The notes under the pieces are model-generated. The model was not told where the DNA came from. It ran no database searches and saw only the letters and a program-made list of their open reading frames with translations. A DNA stretch of 62,936 nucleotides, filler included, from Rhabdomonas costata (lineage: Eukaryota): the NCBI GenBank assembly GCA_019059605.1. It is 41 parts of 41 records of this genome, joined end to end, with 100 filler letters (N's around TTAATTAATTAA, not from the genome) between each part and the next. Parts side by side here need not be neighbours in the genome. Positions count along the whole stretch, not along the records: positions 49,198 to 50,634 come from JAHMHO010015981.1; positions 50,735 to 52,171 come from JAHMHO010015982.1; positions 52,272 to 53,708 come from JAHMHO010015983.1; positions 53,809 to 55,245 come from JAHMHO010015984.1; positions 55,346 to 56,782 come from JAHMHO010015985.1; positions 56,883 to 58,319 come from JAHMHO010015986.1; positions 58,420 to 59,856 come from JAHMHO010015987.1; positions 59,957 to 61,393 come from JAHMHO010015988.1; 33 more parts are not named here. One strand, 5' to 3'. How positions within the stretch are numbered: the stretch's first letter is position 1; the number at the start of each line of letters is the position of its first letter. Both the position numbers and the translations under genes were made by a program. This document shows, one piece after another, positions 50,238-62,721 of this stretch.

Positions 50238-51657
50238 CTGTACTGACTTGATGGTCAATAATTACGACTAGCAGTTAAGGACAACAGCAAAAAAAGACAA
50301 CCCTTTGAAAGTTATACCGGTCGAGCTTCTTCCAAAAAAAAAAAGAAGCACTTGCTAATACGCGGAACCAAAGCATCGTACACCATGTGAGCTCCTTACA
50401 CCACAGGTTTCCTGTCACCCCCAACGCAACTATCTACCTGCACCTCACTGATCGGATTCGGAGGCATCATACGGAAGAACAGAGCTTAGAGAATGCTGGG
50501 GGATAGGAACCCACCCAACCTGCCAACATGCTTTGTTTCTTGACTTTATGTTGCCGACAGAATCATGATAATGTGTGCACCACCCGCCCACGATGCCTTC
50601 CCTTAACGTCCCTCCCGTGGCACACCACAAACCANNNNNNNNNNNNNNNNNNNNNNNNNNNNNNNNNNNNNNNNNNNNTTAATTAATTAANNNNNNNNNN
50701 NNNNNNNNNNNNNNNNNNNNNNNNNNNNNNNNNNGTGTGTGTCTTCCAGTCCAGGGGTCATCACAGTGAGCATTCCCTTATATAGCCATTATATGGATTT
50801 GTGAGGTCCATACTAAACACAGCCACTCAAGCGGATAAGGGTGAAACTGAGATTGCTGGGCGGAGATTTCTTGCGGAATACTGGGGGTTCTGTGGGAAAG
50901 GGACCTATGTTTCTTGGGTACGGCAGCCAAGGGTTTCTTTTCTCTGGGAACCATTGTACCAGGTGGTACTGAAATATCAACCGCATGAGAGACGCAAAAC
51001 AGGATGATAAGGGTTCGAGAGAATGGGAAGTGGCTTGTGGAGCTCGCCAAAAGAGCGTTTTTCGCAACTTTGGAGAAGGAGATCGGGAGCAGAACTACGT
51101 AGTTGGACTACTTTGCTGACGGTTTGTCCAATGATGGCTGGGGGTGGGTGTAAAGGTCGAGCCATTTTCGGAGTATGCAGGGTGTAGCCTCTCAGTTAGG
51201 AACAGTGAAAATTGAAGCCGGTTTATTATCAAAAGGGTAACTGTTTGTTTCGGAGTGGTTACCGAATTTGATGATATTGGGCGTTGCATTCGCTAGATCA
51301 GTGGAGCTGGTACTCCTAGCCTCCTGCTTGTATGCTCCTCATCTTCAACCTCGAATCAACAACACTCCCTGCGTCCAGCCGGGAATGTTTCACTCTTTGA
51401 ACGTGGGGAAGCAGATTTGCACTATCCCCTGGGAAAGAGGAAGAGTCAGACGAAGGACGTCAGTGGACCATCCGTGGTAGTTGCATGTGAGGATACCACC
51501 ATTCTATCTCTCATGGTCTTGGATGTTTGATGGAGGGGTGGTCTTCGAGGGTGCCTTGGAGTGTAAGGTGGTGAGTGGTGAGGTGGAGGGTGTCGAGCGG
51601 TAGGGTGGAAGTTGGGCCCTGCATCTGGGTGTCAAGGTGAGGGTGGTTCCTGCGTCG

Positions 51658-52115
51658 GTACAGGGCAGGGCCGAGAGGATCACCTTGCTGGACCCCTTGT
51701 GTTGACCACAGCACGCCATCGGGAGAGAAGAGGGGAGTTGGCCTTAGCACCACGCCGCCCACCCCGCGCCACCTGGCAAGATCAGGAGCCCTGCGAGCCA
51801 CCTGGGCAAGCATGTGGTCTCGATGGAGCGAGTTAAAGGCATTGCGAAAGTTAGTTGCACCACATACTCGCCCTCCTGGGCCTGCGCGTGCCATTCCCGA
51901 ACGGTGTGAACGAGCAGTTCACAGGCACCAGGGACCCCTACTCCCAATTGCAGCGGGGTAAGGGTATCGATGAGTTGGCATAGGCGACTTGACACAATGC
52001 ATTTGCCGACCAACCGCCCAAGGGCCTCACCGATGGCGATGGGGCGGAGACCTCCGTCGGGCTTGCGCAGTGCCAACAGTCGTGCCCCAGCCAGATACGG
52101 AGCCAAGTCCAGCGT
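51658..52115 (-). mobile_element. CRE/SLACS-type non-LTR retrotransposon reverse transcriptase relic
   Basis: GARLLALRKPDGGLRPIAIGE..RLVGK...PLQLGVGVPGACE (frameshift) FRNAFNSL...GVQQGDPLGPALY; homology ends before the YxDD motif. Confidence 0.88.
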
Positions 52116-52366
52116 ATGGTCCCATTGGCGGTTGGTCGGCAAATGCTTTGTGTCAAGTCGCCTATGCCAACNNNNNNNNNNNNNNNNNNNNNNNNNNNNN
52201 NNNNNNNNNNNNNNNTTAATTAATTAANNNNNNNNNNNNNNNNNNNNNNNNNNNNNNNNNNNNNNNNNNNNGGGGTGATTTGGGTTGGGCTCAAGAAATG
52301 GCAGCAGGTACATTTCACCCACTTTGAGCAATCTCACAGAAAAGATACTAAGTGGGTGAAATGTAC

Positions 52367-53700
52367 CTGCTGCCATTTCTTGAGCCCAACCCAAATCATG
52401 CCCCCGTAGTAATAATACAACAGAAAGCTGCGCGGAGTAAGGCCCGTTAGCTTGGGATTGACCTCGAACACGGTGTTGTCCAAGACTTTCCTGGCAACCT
52501 GTCGAGAAGCAAGCAAGTTGAACTTCAAGCGGTGCAGGGTCATTGGACTGACGGACGCAACCCACTCCTTTGACCTTATAGTTCTTGGCCAGCAGACATA
52601 GAAGGGCGAATTCTGCGTGAGCTGGGCAGATGTCGTCCACCGTCGGGCATAGTTTTGGAATCAGTCTGAGTAAAACCGGTATTCCCCGCTGAGGCTGCCG
52701 CTCCCGGCGCAAGGCTTCCGCATACTTTTGAACCAATGTCGCAAACTTGTCCAGGCAATGTTCTCGGATGTGCCCAGGAACAAACCTGAATCAGCGCACG
52801 ACGAACTTGTAAATGGCAAAACTCAAAATAAGAAGGATTCTAAAAAGGCAAAAAATTCTGCATTCTTTATTCCCTCTTCCCCTCGTGGGACAATGTTGGG
52901 CAAACTGTGCACAAACCGTATGTCTATTTCAATATTGCCTTTTCGGGGGATAGGGGGACAAATTCGACGGCACATGACTATATTATGCTATTTTATGAGC
53001 AAAATTCAGTTCTTGGTGAAAGAAGGAATTTCAGGGGGAGGACTATGCCTTGGGGTCCTCGGGCAAGGAGTGCCAGATTTCTTTTACTTTGGAGAGGATC
53101 CTTTTAAAATTGAGTTTTTGTCACAATTTTGTCAAAACACGTAAAAAACATTTTATCTCGGCTTTTTTATACGGAGGCTTCTTTCTTTTATAATAATGCA
53201 TGAAACTGAATCGGAACGTTGTTGTTTTAACGTGTTCTAAATTGGAGGAAAAACTCCTCCTCCCGAAATGCTGTGGCCTGAACGGCACCGATCCACGAGT
53301 GAAGCAAGACTGATTCACTGACAAACAAACAAAAGAAGAAGGAAAAAAGAAAGAACTAACCCATCAAATAGAGTCTCACAGGCTGCAGCAAAATGAATGT
53401 CCACGGCGTTCTGCGACCTGACCCACAGCAGATAGCATATCGCAAAATCGTGGCGCGCAGGATCAAGGGCACCGACAGCAGAAAGAAGATGAGCAGAATT
53501 GGCCTTGATAAGCGCCGCGTTCTGGTCAAAAAACTTCTTCAACCTGCAAAAAAGAACGACATCAACAAAGAAAGATGAACAAGAAAAGAAATAGCACGTG
53601 AGAAATCAGGGAACCCACCCAGGTTGCGGCTCAGTTTTCATGCCCTGAGGCTCTTTCGCGCTGATGAGCCTCGAGTGTACATACCGCAAGATGTCGGAAC
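52367..53700 (-). CDS. COPS3: COP9 signalosome subunit 3, exons ~53700-53619, 53543-53361, 52785-52575, 52498-52367
   Basis: ALDPARHD...PQRGIPVL...ICPAHAEFALLCLLAKNYK|...FLLYYYYGGMIWVGLKKW; all junctions phase-compatible. Confidence 0.92.
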
Positions 53701-53809
53701 CACCCACANNNNNNNNNNNNNNNNNNNNNNNNNNNNNNNNNNNNNNNNNNNNTTAATTAATTAANNNNNNNNNNNNNNNNNNNNNNNNNNNNNNNNNNNN
53801 NNNNNNNNG

Positions 53810-54054
53810 GTGGGGGTGGCTTCCAAAGGTGGTTCCTACACTGATCACGATTTGGGATACCTGAAGGAGTTCCAGTGGCGGTGTAATATTGGTAATGCGG
53901 ACCCCTTTGTGAAGCTTTGTGAGCACATCCGAGACGGCTACTTTCAGTGATTCTGGGGAGCTTTTCTCTTCTTGTCTTGCTCTGGAGTTCCTTTAATTTA
54001 GTTTAAGGGGGTTAGGGAGCGATTGCCAGGAGGGGGGGACCGAGTACTCATACC
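53810..54054 (+). mobile_element. Merlin/IS1595 (ISXO2-like) transposon 3' end
   Basis: LGYLKEFQWRCNIGNADPFVKLCEHIRDGYFQ* (stop at 53948-53950); candidate right terminus ...GGGGACCGAGTACTCATACC. Confidence 0.75.
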
Positions 54055-54200
54055 TATACCTGGATACACAACACACAAGTCAAGTTATGCCATATGTATA
54101 GTGCCCTCGCAACCGTGGTGCACGGGGCATTGGGTAGATGTGCATTCGGTGCACTATGCGGGAGGGTGTCTGCGCTGCCCCTGGTATCCTTCCCAAACAG

Positions 54201-54884
54201 ACGGAGTTCGTCGCCTCCTCGGGACTCTCCCGAGATTACAGCTACGACCGCAGTCTGACGAGAGGCCTCCCCGCGGGTGGGTCGTCATACGCGTCCCCAA
54301 CCAAGCCTGCCACAGGCGGAAGCTACGTGGGAACCAGTGGGGCCTACCCCCTCACAGGTCTTTGCGAACCCTATCCCCAACTCAGTTCAACACCCTCAGT
54401 CTTTGCGGTCTTTTCTGTTCACGACTTGGAATGACGATTTTGTACCGGAAATCGGTTTCCGGAGCTTTGAATCTTGTGTTCCTGCGGTGTGATTGATTTT
54501 CAGTCGATGTCCAAGTGGTGCAGGATAAGAGCATCATCGGGGTTCCTGTGGAGCATTTTTATCCTTCGGATTGGCCCCGAGAATTTTTTTTCGTTTTCCC
54601 TTCCGTTTCGTTCGCACTGTTGCCGCTTATGAAGGCATTCTAATGCGAATGATGTGAGTTTTTCTTCACAACCTGCTGAGGCGTGGTGTGGGGGAATACC
54701 CTTAGGCTCCCCGAGCACCTCCCTCCGCGGGATCTACCCTGCAGGCACCGCCGCGATCATGGGCACCAGCTCCAGCAGCCTGGCTGGGGTGGTCAGCGTG
54801 TCTAGCCTGGCCGGGTCCTACAGCAACGCACCGCTGAGCCCCACAGTCACCACCCCCACCGCACCCAAGCCTCGGGGATTCTAA
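54201..54884 (+). CDS. Ser/Gly/Thr-rich C-terminus of an unknown protein (exons 54201-54357, 54706-54884)
   Basis: Phase-1 GT-AG junction, GC3-rich, ends in TAA. Confidence 0.65.
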
Positions 54885-57436
54885 GGGCTGGATTGCCCCA
54901 TTCCTTGCCCGTCCGCCTGCCTCTCTCTTTCCTCGTCTGTGTGTGCCTCCACGTCTTCCTCCACTTGCACCTCCACCGCTATTCCATCCCCTCTCCCATA
55001 CCCACATCGCCCCGTCGGAGACTGTGCCCTTTTCTCGAGGAGGCATATCACCGCAGTTTATAACACTTTCTAACACTTTCTAACCACGCTTTCTAAATGG
55101 GCTGGTCTAATGCTCCTTATTCAGCTTCGAGGCTCAATTACTGACTGAAAGAATGGTCCATTGCAGACGCGGCTTCATTCGTTCCATACTCGGCCTCCTG
55201 CCCTGACTGGCATCAATACCCTCCCCCCCTCCAGCACCAACCCACNNNNNNNNNNNNNNNNNNNNNNNNNNNNNNNNNNNNNNNNNNNNTTAATTAATTA
55301 ANNNNNNNNNNNNNNNNNNNNNNNNNNNNNNNNNNNNNNNNNNNNGGTGTTTGGGGTGAGCGATCCCGGGCCACCAGGAGGTGGCAGATTTCGAAAGTAC
55401 TAGGAACAACGCTTGATATTCAGGAATATGCGGAAAGCATTCCATTCCACCCTTTTTCTTGCTGCAGTCATTTTTCTGGAACTTACATTTGAGAAGGGCA
55501 TATCAGCCTGCGGAGGTATAACCGAGGTGCTGCGTCCCACGAAAAAGACGAAATGACGAAATGGGGAGCAGCATATGATCCGAGTCGAAAGCTGAGCTGC
55601 ACCGGGAACTGTGACAGCTCACCTTTCGGTCAAGGAGGGGCTTTCTATCAAGTTCCACCAACAGCCATTGAAAAGAACAGAAAACAATCACGTAACAAAA
55701 CGCTTAGGAACACGCAGTCCACCAGTTGAGACCTGATTCCGGTCACAGAACTCAGATTCAAGGGACGACGTTTCCGTACGCTTCGGAAGAACAGGAGAGC
55801 CAACAAATCCGCAACCGGAAACTCTTCTTCATTCACACAAACACGCAACACGGGCGCGCCCTGAACCCAGTGGTGGTTGGGGAAGGGTGGCCAGAGATGC
55901 ATGGCGGAAGACGATTTAGGGACAGTCAATGTGGGTGGTACCCGTGCATGAGAGGGGGGGGAGGCATATGAACAGCAAAGCCCAACCGGAGTCCACGCAC
56001 ATCACGATTGCAACACAATTTTCCTACCAACCAGTGAACAAACGAAACCACTAATTCAACGGAACGCTCGCAAGTGGGTGAAGCTTTGTCGGCCTGTCTG
56101 GTGGCTTCGAGCCCCAAACCATCACAGAAAAAAAAGGAAGAGGAATACGTATACCCACGCGTACCTAAGGCAAACGCACACACAGCAACAGAAAAAGCTA
56201 TGAGGTTCTGTGGAAGAGAAGCTCCCACCAAACGCGGAAAGGGGAGAGTTCCCATGTCGCCCCAGTTGCTGAGCCCCGGGGGAGGGAAGACAGGCGGTGG
56301 AGGCCGCCACAATGAGATGCTAAATGCCAAGTGAGAAAGAAAGGCACGAGAAGCGAGAAAGAAAGGCAAGCAAGATAGCAGAGTCGCATTCAGGACGGCT
56401 GTCGTGCCGAACACCAGAGTGGCCGTGCTACTCGGAGCAAGGCAAGGCAAGGCAAGGCAAACTTTGTCGGAGGTGTCGGGACAGTGGCTAATGGGATACA
56501 CAGAGCGGGCCAAGTGTGAAGCTGCTGGGCCCTCGATTTCCCACACACCAATGGATAAGATGCACAATACAGTAATGAATTGAAATATAATAAATTCCTA
56601 ACACCTCGTCTCTGTGAATATTCTTTTCAGGCGCGTGCGTGCCAGTGAAGAGTGGCCGCACCACGTTCAAGAAAACCAAGAAGACACACGGGAGAGGAGA
56701 TGGGCAGCAGACACACACGGCACGCGGTTTATCGTGAAACGATATTGGGGAAGAATGCCCTCTTTCCCCAAAAACACCACCCNNNNNNNNNNNNNNNNNN
56801 NNNNNNNNNNNNNNNNNNNNNNNNNNTTAATTAATTAANNNNNNNNNNNNNNNNNNNNNNNNNNNNNNNNNNNNNNNNNNNNGGGGGGGGTGTTGTCAGG
56901 GCGTGGCCTCAACTTTTTGCGACGTGGTGCGAATTCTGGCATATCCCGCATGCACAGTTCTTTCGCAGCTCTGCCGGGAAGCTCCTCCATCCAACGTCCG
57001 CAGTGGTTTGCTGCTCACCTCCCATGCTTTTAACCCGAAACTTGAAAGGGGCGATAAAAGCTTCGAAGTACCCACGGTATCGACGCATAAGAAGATAAAG
57101 ACAGAGAAGGCAAGCGGGAGAAAAGTTTGTGGGGAATAAGCACTAAGTGCTGTGCAACCCCAACGGCCGTGACAGGATTTGCGAGAGACTGAGCTATCTG
57201 AAAAGAAACAGTCACCCCGTGCATCCGATGGGGAAGGGAGTTGCCCCGAAGGTAAGCGCGTTAACAAGGCTCCTTGAGCTGCCGCTCAGCTTTGAGTTCA
57301 GACAGGGTATTGACATGGCAAAGTGCGGCCATTTCAAGCCAGTAGCGCAGGGCGAATCTGCGATGTTGACAGACTCTTGGAATGCAGCTCCCCAGCCTGC
57401 CAGCCTTCGCCCTACACGGCTACATCTCGCCCACAC

Positions 57437-57789
57437 CTTGTCCAGAACACCTCCTGTGAAGACGATCTCCTCGCACATGCTGTGAAAGTAGTCCGCCATC
57501 AGCCTCACCAGGTCCTCCGCGGGAATCGTCTCACAAATCGACGTGAACCCTTTGCAACAATGGAGCGGCAGTTACATTCGCCAACATTATTCACGCGAAA
57601 AGGGTAAGCAGGGAGCAGCGTAAACGTCAGAGCCATGCGCATGAGCACGTGGACAGGGACCAACCTACGATGTCGGTGAACATCACGGTAAGCTTCCTCC
57701 ACGTCATCGCGCTGTCCCGGCTCATCGCCCCGCTAAGCATCATCTTCACGACATCCCGGGGCACAAACTTTGCGAAGGCCTCCAGGCCA
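57437..57789 (-). CDS. Class III adenylate cyclase (exons 57789-57665, 57549-57437)
   Basis: GLEAFAKFVPRDVV...LTVMFTDIV|GFTSICE...YFHSMCEEIVFTGGVLDK. Confidence 0.92.
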
Positions 57790-59161
57790 CTGGAAATTGG
57801 GGTAACGTGGGGTAGTAGGGGTGCGATTCTACATGCAAAACAGAGCTGAGGAAGATGCCACTGACACAAAGCATTCTCAAATGGAACATGCCCTATTCAC
57901 ACCCCCGAGAAAACAAGATCACGAACAAAACCTTTAACACAGCTAATGAGCAGCCTTTTCAAAGCGCAAAAACAACTTTGCAAACCAGACAATCGCCTCG
58001 AAAAGAATACGCTATTAGAGCAACGCGTGTGAAGAAAAAACAACTAATGCCGCTCATGCAGACAGCAGTTGGGTCAGCGCAAAAAGCATCAGCCAAAGGA
58101 ACAAGTCATGACCCCAACACACACACACCCTCCATCGCAAGGAACGAGGCACAAAGCCTTCTTGAAACCAATTTAAATTCACACTTGGGTTGCACAGAAA
58201 TCAAAACCGCGTCTGACCGGGAAAGCTGAAACATCGCGCGCACACAAACAAACCCACAACAAAAACGCTCTCACACACATGCAAACAAGCACACCGCTCC
58301 ATCGCAAGGAACAACACCCNNNNNNNNNNNNNNNNNNNNNNNNNNNNNNNNNNNNNNNNNNNNTTAATTAATTAANNNNNNNNNNNNNNNNNNNNNNNNN
58401 NNNNNNNNNNNNNNNNNNNTTTTGTTTGGATACGTTTACGGGCGAAATTTGAGGGTAGTTCTACTGCTGTTTCGTTCTGTAGCAGAGGTTCGTTAAACGG
58501 TAAAAGACTAATCTGCGGACCACGATGCGGAATAAAGCATTGACAGGATTTTTCAGTTCCTTGGCCTAACATTCTCTTAGCTGGCCGAACGAAGGCTTTG
58601 TTTACATTGGTGTTGAGGTGAACTGCGATCTGTGTGTTTCGCTTTATGCGCGGCCTCCATCCGTCGCAGTGGTCTCTTCCCTTCCGGCGCCCATGTTTAG
58701 CTTTTCAATGTTTAGCTTTCTTTTTGTGTGTTATTGGGTGCGGAAACAGAGACCGCCTTGGCGGGTTCCTCACCTTTTCTGCTACGGTTAATTCGTTTTC
58801 GACGATCTCGCAGTAATGAAGGGCCCGGGTTGCGATGACCCAAAGGGAGCTTTCAAAAAAAGTAATGCCCCGATAAAAAAGTTGAACATTAAAACTCTAA
58901 AAGGATTTCAAGCGAGTCAAGGTGACCTGTGGAGGTCTGTCTTCTTGCTAAATTTCCGCTGGGACAGCTCAGCGTACCTGTCGTGCTGGAACCGGAGTGT
59001 GCCCAATTACTCTGGTTTATAGAAGCGCTTTAGGTCATGCGCTGCCCGGTTTTCTCGTCGGTGTCTCGTGGCGATTTTTGCGTTGTTGTTTTTTTTACCA
59101 CAGTTGGCAATGTCAGAATCTCCTTTTGTTTTGTGTGAGAAGCCATTTCTTTGTTTTACAG

Positions 59162-59776
59162 ACGCGCTACAGCATAAAGTATCGCCACTGTTCGGGTGTG
59201 GTGGTGCTGAAGGTGACGGACAACGCCACGGTGGGCGCTGTTGCCCTTGCGCAAACCTTCTCTCTCCTACCTCCTGATGATGAGATGCACTGCACTTAGT
59301 TAACGAGAAGTAAACGTTGGCTTGGATGGATTGGTTTCTTTTCTACCCCGGCAACCGGTAATTGAATTCATTACTACATGTGCATTCTTGAGTTTCTTGG
59401 GGACCCTGTATTTCCTGTGTGTATGTGCCATTTTCGCGCTCTGGTCCGTCCTGGGAAATGTTTTGCATCCGTCCGCACTCTGCCGAGGGACGGACGCTAC
59501 AAGGCGATGCTATCGTCAGAGCTAACATTTGCATTGGTGCATAGCCCTCGGAGAGGTTACATGCATCTTCGTCGCTACTCCACATGTTGCGCACGCCCCC
59601 ACGTTAGCGCCTTGCGATCGTTTTGGTTGATTTCATGCACTCCAACGCAGGTGATCGGCTACAAAACCCGGGAGCTCAGCGATCTGCAGAAGATCGAAAA
59701 GCTCAGCAACGCCTTCCTTCACAAGTGTGCATCTGCCGTTCACAGGGGATTACAGTTTTGCTTTCTTACCCCTTGA
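59162..59776 (+). CDS. SRP9: Signal recognition particle subunit SRP9 (exons 59162-59230 and 59651 onward; 3' end uncertain)
   Basis: TRYSIKYRHCSGVVVLKVTDNAT|VIGYKTRELSDLQKIEKLSNAF. Confidence 0.9.
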
Positions 59777-61113
59777 GGGTAATTGAAGAAACTTGTCTGT
59801 AAAGGGCTTTAAAGGTCTTTGATCGGTTACGTAGCGATCGGTTGCAACACAACCACNNNNNNNNNNNNNNNNNNNNNNNNNNNNNNNNNNNNNNNNNNNN
59901 TTAATTAATTAANNNNNNNNNNNNNNNNNNNNNNNNNNNNNNNNNNNNNNNNNNNNGAACCACAAAGAATCAAGAAAACCCAGGATAAGGGCCCACTCCG
60001 AGGAGGGATGCACACCCCAACACTGGTGTGAAGGGTGTGCAGGAGGTCCTCAGTTCAGGGCGACAGCCGAAAACGAAGAAATCCTTCCCTGTACTCTCGC
60101 TGACAGCGGCATATATGAGCTTCAAATCTCACTTTGAGACGAAGCCCGCGACGCAACCAACGGGGACAAGCGGGAAAAAAATACTTCGAACACGACTGGA
60201 GAAAGCGCAATCTCACCGCCACAAAACCGACACCCCACCGACGCTGATCATGTGTCCCCAAGGCCGCATCGGCCCACGCACAGAAATAAAACCCCCCAAG
60301 ACAATCCAAAAAGGAAAACCTCATGGCAAGCTGCCAATGGCTGGTGGAAGGGAGTCACATTGGCGGGTGAAATCGAAGAGATCACAAAAAGAGCGATGAA
60401 GAAAGGGTCACACAGCAAAAGCAAAGAAACAATCGGGAGCGAAAAGAGCCTTCATGAAGAAAGGCGTTTGCTTTTCGATCGGGGGCACAGAAGGGAAGCG
60501 GCCAACAACAACAGATTCAAGAGTGTCCCATGCAGCCCACCAAGGGCACTCACGTCAAAACACACAAGAACACAAAAGCTTATTTTCTACACCGAGACGC
60601 CAGGCGCTCGCTCTTTGGAGTGCCATCGAAAACGTGCCAGAGCTCATCACGACGCGAGCTATGTATGTCAGCCGAGGGCGAAATCATAAAAATGGGGGAA
60701 GGAGAAGAATTCCAGGGACGGGGAAGGGGGAGAGGCAAACAGACGGCTAAGGGCATCGGCACATTGGGGGCTGCTGGGAGGGCCCCCGTTGGGCAAAGCC
60801 CCGCAAGGTGATAAGGAATCCCAGCACATCCTACAAATACGAACGACACCGGAAGGCTTCGAAAGCGCAAAAGTAGATATCAAGCGAAGAAAGTTTTGTG
60901 TTTCCGTTGGGCACGTGTGCAAAGGTAGGATCCATTACCCGATCTTGGTTTTGATATCAGAGCAGCAGCGACCGCAGTATGGACAAAGGTTCCCTCAAGA
61001 CCTCCACTGCTGACGCCCTAAAACCGTCACATCAACATACTAACAAAAAGAAAAAATCGCACCCTAACCCACAACCGCATGAAGACCAAAAACCAAAGGC
61101 CTCACCTGCACAG

Positions 61114-61393
61114 CTTTGACCACAAGGCTCGGCCTCCGCCCAGACTCCACAGGGCCGGGCAATGGGCTCACAGGCTCCATCTCCGCGCACACCTCAACGC
61201 TCTCCAGCCAAAGCCAGATCCGGCTGCTACACACCAAGTCTGCCTCTTGCCCACCGCACGGGTACAGGCTGCTGACCACGGGGAGCAGCGGCGGCGGCGT
61301 ATCCCGGGATGGTGCAGGGAAGTCGGGGAAGCACTCCTCCATGGGGTCGTGGGTGGCCAGAAGGGCCGCGCACAGCCGACGGTGGGAGTCTTC
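61114..61393 (+). CDS. Ser/Gly-rich exon of an unknown protein
   Basis: GC-rich open frame after a CAG acceptor, running to the contig end. Confidence 0.4.
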
Positions 61394-61760
61394 NNNNNNN
61401 NNNNNNNNNNNNNNNNNNNNNNNNNNNNNNNNNNNNNTTAATTAATTAANNNNNNNNNNNNNNNNNNNNNNNNNNNNNNNNNNNNNNNNNNNNAACAGTA
61501 CGTGCGCCAGTCAGTCCCCAGTGGTCACCACCAACCGGTCAACCAGGCAACAGCCAGCGCGCAATGCGCCCAACACACACACACACTACCGGGAAGTTGA
61601 TTTGTAATTTTTGCCGTATTGGCTGTTCACCGGGGATTGTGGCGAAATTCCCTCCTGTGGGTGTGTGGTGCCGGGTGCCAACCTTGAGGCACATCCTCTG
61701 TGGTTTCAACCGAAGTCACAGTGGGTTCTTTCTTTGCTTTTTTTCTTTTGGGTTTTGAAG

Positions 61761-61901
61761 GTTTTTTGGCGGCACCTGCGAGCCGGTGTCGTGCCAACTA
61801 CGGACGGGGATTTGCCTGGCCGACTCCTGCTTCGGGGTTCGCGGCAACGGGCATTGCACGCTGTGCAAGATGATGTACTACGGCCCTGACTGTGTGTCCC
61901 G
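61761..61901 (+). CDS. EGF/laminin-like Cys-rich exon
   Basis: FFGGTCEPVSCQLRTGICLADSCFGVRGNGHCTLCKMMYYGPDCVS; 141-nt symmetric phase-2 exon (not the frame in the ORF track). Confidence 0.6.
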
Positions 61902-62311
61902 GTGTGCTGTCTCAACAGGGCAGGGGTATTGAGGGACCTGAAACAAGGCGTTCTTTATTGAAAAGAAATAGAATGTATGCTGAAATGGTTGAGGTTGTTT
62001 TCTCAGAATAACTGCCAGAATCGACATTCATAAGAAATTTGAAATTACTAGTGCGTTGGTCAACGTTCACTTTTAGGTGAGGCTGCTGCTATTTGCTTTG
62101 ATTTGAGACTCAGCAATATTAAAAGGTAGCAAAAACCAAACGGGTGTTTACCTAAAGTTACGAAAACACTCACTGAGCACACACACAACACTGACACGAG
62201 ATAGGCACACGTTCACTTAACGATCATCATACATCGACGCTGGCTGTGTAGCTGCATTGGAGCTTTTGGGCTGCAGTGTTTGCTAGACTTTCACGGCCTG
62301 GTTAGGGTGCT

Positions 62312-62670
62312 GTGATGATGATGATGATGATGTATTACCTCAAGCTACGTCTCTCTCTGTCCCTCTCTCTCTCTCTCTCGCTCTCTCTCTCATCGACAAT
62401 GTCAACAGTCTGCTCGTGCATTTCACGAGGCACTGCAAGATTGACGGACCCTCCCAAATCGTCTCCCTCGAGGGACTCCACGCCTTCGCAGACAATGACT
62501 CAGAAATCGAGGAGTTCACCGAATGATCCGCACCTCAAACCCGGGAGACAAGCGAGGAGGACGAGGAGAAGGGTAACCAATTCCGGCCAGGCCACTGGCA
62601 AAGAGCAAGTCCCACAAAGTGGCTAGGGCGACTAAAGCCCGACTAAGGGGACGCTCTCTCTTAATACTCG

Positions 62671-62715
<45 letters not shown>
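62312..62715. repeat. Microsatellite cluster: (GAT)n and two (CT)n tracts
   Basis: Directly visible. Confidence 0.9.

Positions 62716-62721
<6 letters not shown>

Noticed and set aside
51973-52398. Inverted repeats at the ends of the RT and CSN3 contigs
   Set aside because: The arms duplicate coding sequence (including a CSN3 exon-intron junction) exactly at contig edges, which points to an artefact
1482-61449. Regularly spaced TTAATTAATTAA palindromes as a CRISPR-like array
   Set aside because: Always embedded in 44 N on each side; an artificial linker. ORFs ending in X...LIN are artefacts.
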